DNA of 64,000 nucleotides, taken from NCBI GenBank assembly GCA_051294375.1, contig CM119268.1:430415-494414 (forward strand), given 5' to 3'. Under the pieces are notes generated by a model. That model was not told the origin of the DNA. It saw nothing but the letters and a program-made list of their open reading frames with translations, and did not search any database. Numbering within the stretch: the first letter of the stretch is position 1; every line of letters begins with the position of its first letter. Shown here one piece after another: positions 27,264 to 51,076 of the stretch. The translations under genes and the position numbers were made by a program. The stretch comes from Paraspadella gotoi (taxonomy: Eukaryota > Animalia > Chaetognatha).

Positions 27264-27488
27264 AATTTGGTGTTTTAAGGTCTCCATCACTCTTACAAGA
27301 TAATGACATAGCAGATCCCTGCAAGCTTTCAATCAAGACTCTCTCACAGTCTCGTTTATTCACTCCCAGAGTACCTGGCTTCCCTATCAATGAAGTGGTA
27401 TAATATTTCAAAGAATGTTTCAATTGTATGAAAATATCACTCTCTTAAGTATTAGATCGGAAAATACATTATTGTACTAAAATACTAG
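27264..27488 (-). repeat. Copy of the unclassified dispersed repeat
   Basis: Near-continuous reverse-complement match to ~59233-59440. Confidence 0.8.
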
Positions 27489-27709
27489 GAGCTGACAGCT
27501 GACTGTTATGAAATTGGCAAAATCGATATAAAGACTTACAATTGAAATTGTTTATGTTCCCTGATTGTATTGGTTAATAAATATCATAAACAAATCATAT
27601 GTAAATATAAATACTGAATTTTTAAAAAATGAAGTAAAAGTCTCAAGTTTTCCAGTTTAACTATTTTCTCAATTTCTCTGTTTTACTATCGCCTAAGAAA
27701 AAAAAAGTT

Positions 27710-27751
<42 letters not shown>

Positions 27752-28920
27752 CTCTGGCTTTAATTTCTGTTTCTATCTTATTATTTTATCATCTGTTATT
27801 TTGTTTTTACTTTATTCTTTTTTGCCTTTTATTGCTTCTAATTTACTTTTTGTTATTTATTTCTTTCGGTTTGACTCGTCCTCGTTTTTCTTCTTTGTCT
27901 TTTTTCTTTTAAAGTTATTTTCTTTCCTTCTTCTTCTCTCCTATTTTTCCTCCTTTCTATCTTTCCTTTTTTTCTTTTCTTTCCTTCCTTTCTCTATTTT
28001 CATCCTTCTACCTTTCTTTTTTCTCTCTTTCCTTCTTCCTCCTTTTCCTCTTTTCCAACTTTCTTTTCTGCCTCCCTTTCTTTTCTTTTTTACCTTATCC
28101 TCCCTTCTTTTCCATTTCCTCCCTTTCTTTTCTTCCTTCTTTTCCTTTCATCCTCCCTTTTTTTTCTTTATCCTTTTTCTTTCTTCCACCCTTTTTTCTC
28201 TTTCTACATTTCCTTTCTTCCTCCCTTTCTTCACTTTCTACCTTTCCTTTCTTCCTCCCTTTCTTTTATTTCTCGCTTTCCTTTTTTCCTCCCTTTTTTT
28301 CTTTCCCCGTTTCCTTTCTTTCTCCCTTTCTTTTCTTTCTCTCTTTCCTCTCATTTTTTCTTTTCCTTTCTTCCTTCCTTTTCCTTTCCTTCTTTTTACG
28401 CGCGATTTCATTCGCAGATTATAACTTCGGTTTTATGTTGCGCACGATCGTCGTCGTTGTCGTCGTTGTCGTCGTCGTTGTTGTTGTTTTTGTTGTTGTT
28501 ATTGTAGTACAGATCTTTGTTTAGTTTTATGGACAACAATCTCATTGATTATTGATGATATATTCAGGACTTTAATTTTAAAAAAAATATAGAAACGGTT
28601 TTGAAAAAAAATATTTAAAATTAAAAAAAACAAGTAATCGATTAAAAAAAAGTAAATGTTAAATAAAATAATAATTTGAATAGTAAAATATGGTTGTACC
28701 ATTTAGGCTTCTTTAAGCTTCACCGAAACCACTTTTCTATTTTTGGACAAAAAAAAGAGAAAAAGAAAATAATTGAGAAAATACATTGTCTATTTTGAAA
28801 AAAAAATGTTGTTAAATGAGTAAATAACAAAAAAATTGGAATTGTTTTACTTTTCTCCGTTATGTGGCTGCATGTTTCTAAGAGAGAAAGAGAGAGAGAA
28901 GAGAAAAAGAGAGAAGGAGA

Positions 28921-28990
<70 letters not shown>

Positions 28991-29083
28991 GGAGACGATT
29001 ACTCATAAAGGCAAGAGGCAGCAGGCGAGAATGCGAGTGTGGAGGAAACCGTGTCAACGCCGTGAGAGAAAAATAGTCTCTCT

Positions 29084-29195
<112 letters not shown>

Positions 29196-29393
29196 CCTCC
29201 TCACTCATAAACCTTTCATTTTTTCCCTAACAGAAAAAGAGGAAAGCGATCACAATAAAAGTCTCTACGCTGACGAACGACGACGACGACGACGACGACG
29301 ACTCCCAGATGAAGAAGGAAGATTCGTCGAGAAATCGAAGATCAGACGTCGGAGGAGAAAAAATGAGACAGGTGAAGAGAGAGAGAGAGAGAA

Positions 29394-29462
<69 letters not shown>

Positions 29463-29971
29463 AAGATTTGATTTTTTATTTGCTTTGTAATGCTCCAAAA
29501 TGTGACAGTTAACTCATTAACAATAAAATATGTTACAGAGCGATACATACATTTATACATACAGAGGGAAATTCATTTCTACATAATATACACAATGAAA
29601 AAAAAGTTAAATTATTATGGTAGCATTGCACCCTTACCAGTTTTTATGTTCCAAAAAGATGTTAATTTGCTCGTCATTCAAAAAACGTTTTATAAAAGAC
29701 AAAATAAGTTACTGTTGTTGAATGTAATTTTTTGTAGTATTTTATAAAAATATTTCTCATTCACGTATGAGACATGAAATAAATAATTATAAAAACAAAA
29801 CATTTAAAATTCTTTCTGCATTTTTAACTCGATATTAAATTGATTTTTTATTTCGTTTAACAAAAGAACAAAAATGATAAATTGACAAAAAAAAGCAAAT
29901 CAATTTACCCCCGCCTCTCCTCGGTCTCTCTCGTCTCGGCTCTCGATCTCGTCTCTCTCTTCTCTCTTCTA

Positions 29972-30013
<42 letters not shown>

Positions 30014-30524
30014 ATCGACTCCCGCGTTGTTTTTCCATTATTAACTCGCGATGTTTGTTATTTTGTTTTATTTTTGTTTTAATTCTTATTATTTCCGTTG
30101 GCGTCGATATTTTGCGTCGGCCTTATTGGTTTTTTCGCTCCCACGAGAGGCGAAGAGAGAGAGAGAGAGAGAGAGAGGAGAAGAGGAGAGAGAGAGAGAC
30201 AGAAAAAGAATTTCCCGATATTTAATTTCCGTTACTGAAAGAAATTGAGAAAAAATATTAAATTAAAAATGTTATAAATTATTTAATATTTTATTTTAAA
30301 ACAAAAAATATTATTTATATACGTTCTTCTCTCTCCCCCACTCTCTCCCTTTATGTCGCCCTCTCCCCCGATCTCTCTCTCTCTCTCTCTCTCTCCCTTT
30401 TTCTCTCCATCTTTCAAACTTGAATAAACGATTAAAACTCCAGGTTTAATGAAGGAAAATCTCTGGCAGGGCGTCCGAAACATTATTCCATTAATTATGC
30501 TCTGGATCGTTTCCTCATAGACTC

Positions 30525-30690
30525 TAGTCTCATAGTTCTTTGTCCCATAGTTGTTATTCTCATAGTTCATTGTCCCATAGTTGTTATTCTCATAGTTCTT
30601 GGTTCCATAGTTGTTATTCTTATAGTTCTTTAGCCTATAGTTTTTATTCTCATAGTTCTTTGTCCCATAGTTGTTATTTTCATAGTTTTT
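30525..30690. repeat. 30-bp minisatellite (catagttctttgtcccatagttgttattct)
   Basis: About 5 tandem units with 15-bp substructure. Confidence 0.85.
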
Positions 30691-30934
30691 CGTCTTGTAG
30701 TTGATCGACCCATAGACATAGGTTTGTGAATTTAATTTTGTGCAAATATGGTAGCGTTAAGAATATATCATTGTGCGCAAAAATTATGATGTTCTCTTTT
30801 CCAAGAGTCTCTCATTCTGTTGGTGTATCCCAAAATTTAACCATAACATTTGATATTTAATATTTAACCTAAACTTATACTAAAACTTATAGCCTAATAC
30901 CTAACTCTAAACTTTATTATATTCTTTACATCTA

Positions 30935-32157
30935 CAGTAGCATCCGTCTAGAATTTCTGAGACGGTAAGCTCTGTAACTCGAGTACAAATGATAATTTGA
31001 AAGAGAGCTTTTGTCTTGATATCGAGTACACATATGGCTACTCCCCCTTCGGTAAGCCATTGCTCTACGACCAATTTTGGGACATCAGAAGTTATTGTAT
31101 AAAGAAACTTCGGCCAGATTAGAACCTGACACCTTTTCTTAACGTTGAAATCCGGCGCGCTACGCACTCGGCCAAATGATTTTCAAAAAAATTACGTTCA
31201 GATTAAATTATATAAAGCTGTAGGTTTGCTTTTAATTTTTTTTGGGAAACAAAAAATTCCTTAATGTTAACATGCGTTTGGCCAAATCGTCTTCTAGTTA
31301 TCTTGTTGGTTTCTGTTTCATAATTTGGCGAGACTTGAGATAAATACAGAAGGCTTCAAATTATAAAATTAGGGACTCCTTTTTTGTTACCAGAACTCGT
31401 TCCAAGAAAACTACTAGACCACAATTATTGAAATTTGGTATGAACGATTTCGATGTAAGACACGATGAAAGTTAGCATGGTGCAGTGTATGCAGCCATAA
31501 AAAAAATTTGTGTTTGAAATCGTTCTCTGTGAATAGGTTATATGAAACATTGTATTGGCGTTCGCTGTGGCCAACGTGGGCATCGCCATAGGGGCAGGAC
31601 GGCTCAACGTCCGATGGAAGAGATTTTGACATCCGAGTTTTCTCGTTGTTAAGCCGCTAGGTCAAACATTTTCACGTTGATTTTAAAGTGTTTTTAACCT
31701 GTTGTTTATTGTGAAACAACTGAAACTGTTTTTATACATTGTCGCTTATTTTATCAATATTAATAAATAGGCTCACGATTGAGATAATGAAAGAATGAAA
31801 TCATTTCAAAAAGAGAATAAAGTTTTTGGTTGGCATAAAAAAAAGAAAAAAACCAATATTTATATTAGGGTTTTTGAAATTTTTTTTTAAATAACGAGCG
31901 GTTAAAACGTCGAAGTCTTAGCTTTTAATGAAAGCTAAGACTTCGACGCGGAATGGAATGGCAGAATTCAAATCCCACTCAAAGTAAAATTTTACAATAA
32001 ACTGCTATGTCCCAAAAGTGGTCGTAGAGCAATGGCTTACCGAAGGGGGAGTAGCCATATGAGTACTCGATAACAAGACAAAAACTCGCTTTCGAATTAT
32101 CATTTGTACTCGAGTTACAGAGCTTGCCGTCTCAGAAATTCTAGACGGATGCTACTG
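30935..32157. mobile_element. Non-autonomous Tc1/mariner/pogo-like element with ~150 bp TIRs and TA TSD
   Basis: TA|CAGTAGCATCCGTCTAGAATTTCTGAGACGG...CCGTCTCAGAAATTCTAGACGGATGCTACTG|TA; interrupts a ttacatcta-cctctaatc minisatellite unit; no transposase ORF seen. Confidence 0.9.
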
Positions 32158-32289
32158 TACCTTTAATCTCTATTCTATTCTTTACATCTACTTCTAATCT
32201 TTATTATATTTCTTACATCTACCTCTAATCTTTATTTTATATTTTACCCCTAACCTAAAAGTAAATCTTAACCCTTAATTTCCATCCCT

Positions 32290-32354
32290 GAACCCAAGTC
32301 CCGAACCCAAGTCCCGAACCCAAGTCCCAAACCCAAGTCCCGAACCCAAGTCCC
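32290..32354. repeat. 13-bp minisatellite (gaacccaagtccc)
   Basis: 5 tandem units. Confidence 0.85.
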
Positions 32355-32623
32355 TAACCTTAATCACTAATCTAATCACTAACTTAATCTTTGATTCTAA
32401 TTTCTAATCTTAACACTTAACTCAAAAAATTAACTTGATTCCGAATTTGAGATAAAATGGGGCGTTCTTGAAAAATTACTGCGATTCGGGTTTTTATACA
32501 ATATGTGATGGAGGCCTTAAACCACCAAAGCCTGTCCAAAGTCAGGGGCAAGATAGCTTATTTATTAAATGAATGGATATTTTTTATATTGGTTGTACCA
32601 ATTTCATAAAATCTCAGATGGAT

Positions 32624-32869
32624 TCAGAACCGAAAAATGGAATCGGATCCGCGACTCGGGTAGAATCCGACTCTCTCATTGGACGAACCACCGAGTGAAC
32701 CGTCCAATCACAAGATGAGCTTCGTGCCATTCTGGAAAACCCGCCCGTGTCGATGAAGCCCATCTTGTGATTGGTCGATTCCATTGGTAGTTCGTCCAAT
32801 GAGAGAGCGGAATCCGGCTTTCGACGGATTCTATCCCAGTAGCAGATCCGATTCTATTTTCGGTTCTGA
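32624..32869. mobile_element. Foldback MITE-like palindrome (~245 bp)
   Basis: Ends tcagaaccgaaaa / ttttcggttctga; inner pairs ctctctcattggacgaac / gttcgtccaatgagagag and ccaatcacaagatg / catcttgtgattgg. TSD not clear. Confidence 0.7.
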
Positions 32870-34029
32870 TTACTTCTGCAATGATACATTAACATGAGAT
32901 TTAACAGAACCTTACAATCCTTTAAAAAGTTAGCAGAAATGTTTTAAAGATGTTAGTTGTTCGTTTGTTTTTCCAGCATCGACGACTCCATCAGCCACAG
33001 CAGCAAATGCGCGCTCTGCTGGAGAAGAAAGGAATTTCGCCGACGGCCAAACTTCCCATTTCCGTTGACAAACATGAATATCCCTATCTCATAGACCAGA
33101 GGGATTTTTGCGAGAGGTGAGGGAGGGAGAGAGAGAGAGGGAGAGGGAGGGAATGAGCGAGGGAGGGAGGGAAGGAGGNNNNNNNNNNNNNNNNNNNNNN
33201 NNNNNNNNNNNNNNNNNNNNNNNNNNNNNNNNNNNNNNNNNNNNNNNNNNNNNNNNNNNNNNNNNNNNNNNNNNNNNNNNNNNNNNNNNNNNNNNNNNNN
33301 NNNNNNNNNNNNNNNNNNNNNNNNNNNNNNNNNNNNNGAGAGAGAGAGAGAGAGATTGTCCTTAGGAAAATTTCAAATTCATTCTACCCATTTTATAGAT
33401 AAATAGATAGATAGATAAATATATATATATATATAGATATATTAATTGATGAATATATAAAAATAAACAAATATAAAGATATAAGAAATGTAGTGAGAAA
33501 GAGACTAAACGTCAAAAAATCTAAAATTGTCTTGTGATTTACATTTATGTAAATCTCAGATCAGATTTTTTTTCTTTCATATGATGAATGATGTTGATTC
33601 ACTTTTGGTCAAGAAAAGAAAATGTTCACAGAAAGAGAGATGAGAGAGAGAGAGAGAGAGAGAGAGTAGAGAGAGAGAGAGAGAGAGCAGAGTGACTTGG
33701 TGATTTGTGATCTTCCATGGAGAGAGAGAGGATTTTTTCATGGTGAGGCGACCAAGTGAACCGCGGACACCGATGCTTTCCCATGGTGCGAGTTGATAGA
33801 GAGAGAGAGAGAGACTGATAGAGAGAGAGAGAGAAACTGATAGAGATGGAGAGAGACTGATAGTTGGATGAAAAACGTTGATTTACAAACAAAAGACTGG
33901 AACCGTAAATTCAAAGGTTTTTCTGTTTTGTTTTGTTTTTGTTTTTGTTTTTCTTTTGTTTTTTGTCTATTCTCTCTGTTATCTATCTTTTCTTTTTTCT
34001 TTCTTTCTAATTTTCCTTTTCTTTTTCAA

Positions 34030-34403
34030 TTTCGCTGCGAGTACTCGCGGAGCGACTCTCGAAGTCACTTTTCGGTCGGTCGGTCGGTCGGTCGGTCGGT
34101 CGGTCGGTTGGTCGGTATGTCTCTCCGTCGGTCTGCCCCACTTACGTTAAAAATGCATATAATTTGCTCATTTGTTAAGACAGAAAAAACCTAAAATCTA
34201 AGGGACTGTTTGCGACGCCTTTAGAAATTACTATAACTATAAGGAATAAAGGACGGAATTTTGATTCAGTGTATGTTATAATTACAAAGGCAAAGAAAGT
34301 CATGTCGTGTCATATCAGGTCATATCATATCATATGATCAAAGAGAAATACCCATGAAAATAAAGATACTGCGGCGCAAGACATTAGAATTACCGTTCTT
34401 GTT
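34030..34403 (+). mobile_element. DINE-1/HINE-like family B copy (further fragments at ~15732-15860 and ~35513-35592)
   Basis: cgctgcgagtactcgcggagcgactct, aagtcacttttcggtc(GGTC)n, colinear with 55876-56263. Confidence 0.65.
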
Positions 34404-34421
34404 TATTTCTTTTTTCTTTTA

Positions 34422-34466
<45 letters not shown>

Positions 34467-34681
34467 TTATTTCTTTTTTTCATTATCTTATTGATCTTTC
34501 TTTCTTTCTTTCTTTCTTTTTTTCTTTCTTTCTTTCTTTTTTTCGTTTTTCCCTCGATTTCCCATTTTTTTATTTTTTTTTCATTATTCTTCTTTGATTT
34601 TTCTCTTTCTTTTCTTGTCATTTTCGATGATAAAGTAAGAAAAGGAACTGTGCCATATATGGATGGAGAGAGAGGGGGGTT

Positions 34682-34715
<34 letters not shown>

Positions 34716-35239
34716 CGAGCCAATTAGGGCCTCTGCCAAAGGAGCTACAAGGGGTAATTGAGTTGGAAACTCCAGTCTTAGGGTCTAAGAATTTATGGCG
34801 ATAGAAAAAAGTAATTTATATAATATTATATTATATTTTTTTATATCTCGTTTATTCTTCTTTAAAAAAATTGTTAATTTTATTTGGTAATTGATTCTAA
34901 AATAGGGAGATACTAATTATCATCATTTATCTAAAAAAGCAAACTAAATTCTAATTAATAAACCTCAAGGCTAAAAATTACAAAATTTGAAAAAAAGATT
35001 AAAAAGAAAAAAGTCTGTTGTCAATTTGGTTACAATTTATTATTTTATTTTTTTTTTACTGTAGAGAAAATTCATCATCCCCATTTTTCACTGTTTTTTT
35101 AATCAGAACGAATTAAAAAAAATAATTGCTTAAGCCCGGGAGACAGACGGAAGTGCAAACGGACGGACAGACATCTCCAGCTGGTTTGACTATAATTGCT
35201 GATACGACGGAATATCTCTATTTCACACACATACACCCG

Positions 35240-35273
<34 letters not shown>

Positions 35274-35673
35274 CTCTCTTTCTTTCTTTCTTTCTCTCTC
35301 TCTCTCTCTTACTTTCTCCACCTCTCTCTCTCCCCCCCCCTCTCTCTCTCTCTCTATTTTTTATGGATTCCTTGACGACACAGTCTATTTTTAGTTTTCC
35401 TTGAAATCTCTTCCCTTTTTTTTCTTTCTCCTTTTTTTTTTCTTTTTAAATTTTTTTCTCTTTTCTAATTTTATCTTTTTCCTTCATTTTCCTCATTTTT
35501 TTTCTCCCTTTTTTAGTCGCACTGCGATAACTCGCGGAGCAACTCGATTGCGAGTACTCGCGGAGCAACTCAATAAATCACTTTTCGGTCGAAAATATCG
35601 ATGAGAGCAAGAGAGAAGAGAGAGAGAGAGAGAGAGAAGAGAGAGGAGAGAGAGAGAGAGAGAGAGGAGTTCA

Positions 35674-35803
35674 TATAAACTCAGCTCTTCCCGAACGCAG
35701 CCGTAGAGACCGGAGCGCGGCTGACGTGCGCTTCCGATCGAACTCACTTCTCCTTCCGGGTTCCTCCGCTCGGGATCAGGGAGAATTTTCTCTTCTCGAT
35801 GCA
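35674..35803 (+). promoter_or_regulatory. Candidate TATA promoter and first exon of the GT31 gene
   Basis: TATAAA at 35674, then a GC-rich stretch ending atgca|gtgagt (strong donor, phase 2 matching exon 40257). Confidence 0.35.
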
Positions 35804-35852
35804 GTGAGTCGGGACTTTCTTCCGGTCGAAGTCCGAGCGGATCGGGCCCGGA

Positions 35853-35890
<38 letters not shown>

Positions 35891-38439
35891 CTCTCTTCTC
35901 TCTCTCTCTCTTTTTTCTCTTTCGTCTCTCGGTTCGGTCAGTAAAGCCTAGGTCAGGATAATCACGTATCTACTCTTTTTTCTTTACTGCTCACTCTCTT
36001 CTCTTTTCTTCCCCCTTTTTTTAATTGATTGTGAGTCTTAAAAAAAATATATGTAAAAAAATTAAAAATTGTAGAAAGCTCCATCTGGGGGATAACACAA
36101 AAACACACGACAACGACCGACGACGATGACAACGACCAAAATCGGTTTTCAATACCGAATCCACCACTTGACTGTTTAAGTGGGTCAACCTATTTCGAGC
36201 CACTTAACCAATACAATTGTTTCTCTCGCCTTTTAGTTAGTTTTTGACAGTGAATTGTTTTTTACCATTGTTTGGACTTTTACTTCTCTGTTTTGGCTAT
36301 CATGCATTTTTCGAATTCCATTAACACCTTGATAAAAAATTACGGAAAACTTTTTTCTTATTTTCAACATGAAATATCTCGCCAAGTTAGTCAGCCCTCA
36401 CAATGTCCAAATCTCCCGAGGGGAAAAAATTTATCTCAAGAATTTCAATCGTCTGGCTGTATACTCACGAAAATCTGTACATAGGTTAATTGCTCGATAG
36501 ACAACCACGAAAAACTCCACTTTATAAATCGAATGCGCGATCCCTATTTAAAAACTAATAATTTTTTGAAAAATTCTGCTCCATATTTTAAAACTCATGG
36601 TTTGCCAACGACAAAAAATATCAAATTCATTCCAAGAAGAAACTCCTGCCTGGGGTCAAATGATTCGTCTTGCCAAAATCCCGCTGCGCTGGAATAAAAG
36701 CAAATTTCCTGGGCAACATTGGAAATCTACTTGGGACAAGGGTCATGCGGAAACAGTTCTCTCCTGACGCTAAAGCGATGATGGAGCTATGACAGTCTTT
36801 CGGTGAGTATTAAATTCTAATAACTGTCTTTATCGTAGTATGCAATGGTATAGTTTATATCCTCTTTCCTTATCTTTTAAATTCCTAAAAAACGATTTTT
36901 ATCTACAATGACTTGATTTATCATGTAAAATAAAAAAGCTGCCAATGCCTTTTAATTTTCTTTTTTATTTTTCAAACAATAAGACAATTCTCTTTTATAC
37001 AGTAAATCGGCCAACCAAACCAGAATTTCTTCCAGCCGACTGCCATTTCTGGCAGGCCCCCTACAAAGAAAGGAAAGCATGAAGCTTTCAAAATGACAAC
37101 CAAGTGAAAAAATTTTTTTGAAAATGAAAAAAAATATTAGAAGCCGGCCTATAAATATTCTTGGGCATATGATCCAAAAAACCTCCAATTATCTCCAAGA
37201 GAATCAACTTCAAAATCATTTTTGGCGGAACCCTTTCGAATTCCACTCCCTATTTTTAGATCATCCAGCTACACCATGGAATTTCCAAAGCACCTGCTCC
37301 AATACCTTAAACATAATTATGTTAAATTTGCGTTTTTCCAAGTCCGCCTTAAGCGTTGAATTCTAGTAAAGTAAATTCTCTCCATCTGTACATTTTGTCT
37401 GAATGCTCTCTCCAACTGGTCTCCTGCTTGTTCTCACGTTTTTGTATTTTGTTTTTGTTATTGTGGTTTTTGATTGTTTCTTGTACTATTACTTGCTCGT
37501 CCCTCTCCCATAGCGGTCTTAACATTTTCGTACCTGCTAACTTTTTTAATTTTCTACCTTTTCTACTTTATGAAAGGGAACTTTATCTTTTCGAAAAAAA
37601 ATTGCTTATTATTTAATAAATTTAATATTTAATTTTTAAAACCTTTTTTCAATAATAATTTACCTCAAGTTAAAAACCCATTATTCATACAATTCTAACT
37701 CAAGCATCATCTCCTATTGAAGTTTCAAATCTGCCATCGACCCACTTCGCCCTTTTTCGTGGGAAAATCTCACCAAACAACGTCGACAAGTCAAGTTTCA
37801 CCATTTTTTGGAGGAAACAGATTTACTTTTTCCAAAACCACCATCGAATCCGGTCTTCGTTTACTTTCCATCAACATCTGGTTCGATTCGACAACCTTCC
37901 CCAAATTAATTTGACCAGACGGAAAAATGCTTATCGCTCTTCATTAGGCGCTAGGAATCTAATTAGTCATTACTCACTTAGATAAGGCCAAAAACAAACT
38001 GCGGCCTCGCTGGTGTGTAAATCACTTACAATTCAATTGTGGATGTTATTACAAAATGTAAATTTCTTTTTTTTTGCGCAAAAGCTTTATGCATGAAAAT
38101 TTTCCTGTCATTGCGCTGTTGTGTGATCTTTGCGCAAAAATAAGCTATTCTTGAAGCGCAGGAAGAAAGTCCGAGAATACGCTTTGCCTCAGGAAACGAA
38201 AAAAATCAAGAGGATGATAATGATAGTGATTATGAACCGAGTTGAAAACCATGTAGCCAAAAGTCAAAATTTTAACAGTAATCTCGGATGTTTTCACCCT
38301 GGGATCTTTGTCAAAAAAAACTTTTCATCGAAAAAGGCGCAATCTGAAGCGTCATAAAAGAAATCCATGCATAACTTTGGATTGACAATACCATAAGTTC
38401 TGTTTTAATATCGCGCCTTTACATTACTCCCAGGCTACA

Positions 38440-39030
38440 AAATTCTCTATAATTCACTTTGTCGGTCCCGTGCGTGTGTCCGCCCCCTCATATTGTCGGG
38501 CACACACTTTATATCTATGTCCAGAACATCGAGTTATGATAAAGTTATGGCAAAAAAAAACACATGACTTGTCCGTCCCGTGCCGTCCGTTCCGACCTTA
38601 GCCAAAAAAATACAATTACCTTCGTGATTGGATATGTGATGGATTGGTATTGAAATTTTTGTGTGTGGGTTAGGAAACATGTGTGCTTTGAGGATGGATT
38701 ATGGTTTCGATAGGAATTCGTCGCGAGTGGAAATTGGTTTAAAATGGAAAAAATAAAGAAAAATCTATTTCACTATTTGAACTTGCCAATTGCTCATTGA
38801 GTGGATAGAGGCCACATTGACTTAAAATTTTGTATGATGGTAGAGAAAGTGTGTGATTGAGCTGGATATAAAGTTTCGATGGAATCGTGCGAGCTGGAAA
38901 TTGAGTTTAAAATGGAAAAAAACAAAGTCATAATCTTACTTGAAGTATTTTTAACTTAAATTTACTCATAAATATTATGTTATTTAAAAATCTGGATAGA
39001 TAACGAGTTGAATTTTGTATGTGGGTAGAA
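38440..39030 (+). mobile_element. DINE-1/HINE-like family A, partial copy
   Basis: ctctataattcactttgtcggtcc...cagaacatcgagttatgataaa plus two to three internal repeat units; ends near a gap. Confidence 0.7.
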
Positions 39031-39456
39031 ATCTCTCTCTTTTTNNNNNNNNNNNNNNNNNNNNNNNNNTATTTCATTTCTCGATGAGAATAAATTGAAT
39101 TCCTAATCTCGGATTTCTTTCTTTTTTTTTCTTTTCTTCTTTTTTTTCATCTTTTGTTATTTTTTCTTTATTTCAAGATCAGATTTCGATCATATATCGT
39201 AGGATTTTTACGTTGGCGTCTTTTCTGCAGATGATGTTTTGTTTGTATTTGATATTTATAATTATATTTTTATATTTTTAATTCCCAATTTAATTATTTT
39301 TTTACTTTTCTTTTCATTCTTTTTTTACTTCTTTACTTTTGTTTCTTTATTAAAATTTTAAAATGACTTGTTTCACTATGTTAAGGTTTTTAGATTTTAA
39401 AATATTTGATATTTAATATTTCAATAATTTTTCTCCATATTTTTTTCTTTCTTTTC

Positions 39457-39490
<34 letters not shown>

Positions 39491-39722
39491 CCCTTTTTCT
39501 CTCAATCTTCGATAAAAAAATTTTTTTTAAATAAATTTAAAAAAATTTCACTTTTGTTCGATAAATCGTCTTTCTGTCAATTCCTCGTCTAAAAGGACAT
39601 GAACAACAACAACGACAAAATTATCGACGACAACGACGACGACGACGACGACAACGACGACGACGACGACGCCGACAACGACAACGACAACGACGACGCC
39701 GACGCCGACGCCGACGCCGACA

Positions 39723-39759
<37 letters not shown>

Positions 39760-39901
39760 CGACGCCGACGATCTCTTTACAGAATTTCTTTTTTTGATGA
39801 ATTAATGTGAAAAGTTATTTCGAAATGAATCTTCGACCACAAATTGAACCATTTTTTTGAGAAGTCATGGGAAGGAGGAGGAGAGGGGGAGCGAGGCTTT
39901 C

Positions 39902-39942
<41 letters not shown>

Positions 39943-40164
39943 TCTCCAATTTTCAGTCAGGGGAGAAGGTTTGGGATTCAGTTAGGTTTAGGGATTAGGG
40001 TTGGGAATCGGTTTACAAATTTGAAAGAAGATTAGGCACAACTTTAAAGTTAAGACTAAATTCAAAGATTAATGAACAGAAATAGGACGATTTTGGCAAA
40101 ATGCGCCAATTTTTTCCTCTTCATTCTCCTTTCTCTTTTCTGTCTCTCTCCCTCACCACCATCG

Positions 40165-40195
<31 letters not shown>

Positions 40196-40256
40196 CTCTC
40201 TCGTCTCTCTCTCGCGCAATTATCATTTCCTTTTTCTCTTTTTTTTCTTTCCACAG

Positions 40257-50516
<10,260 letters not shown>

Positions 50517-51004
50517 CGAAACAAGACAAAACAGGAAGGGAAACAAGTGACGAAACATGACAAAACAGGAGGCGAAACAAGAAACATAACGGAAGACGAG
50601 ACAATTGATAAAATGAGATAGAACACAAAGGAAGGTATATGTAGTAGAAAAAACTGGAGAGAAAAATGGGGAACAATAGTGTCGAAACAGGGGACGAAAC
50701 AAGGAACGAAACGGGGGACGAAACAAATTGACGAATCAGGAAACAAAGCAAATGGTAAAACAAAGCATGTAAGGGGAGACGGAACAAAAAACTAAACTAG
50801 ATATGAATCATGAAATGAAACAAACAAACAAAACAAGTGACTTTACACAAAGGAAAGGAACGAGAAACATAATACAAAACACTGACGAAACATTGGACGA
50901 AATGGCGACAAAACACGGACGAAAGACATAAAGACAAAATACAAGAAGGTTTTTTCAAATATTCTAAGAATTTTTGAACAGAAAATTGTCATTCCTAACG
51001 TTTG

Positions 51005-51076
<72 letters not shown>

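Noticed and set aside
30525-30690. 30-bp repeats as a CRISPR array
   Set aside because: Head-to-tail units without unique spacers, eukaryotic context, no cas genes.
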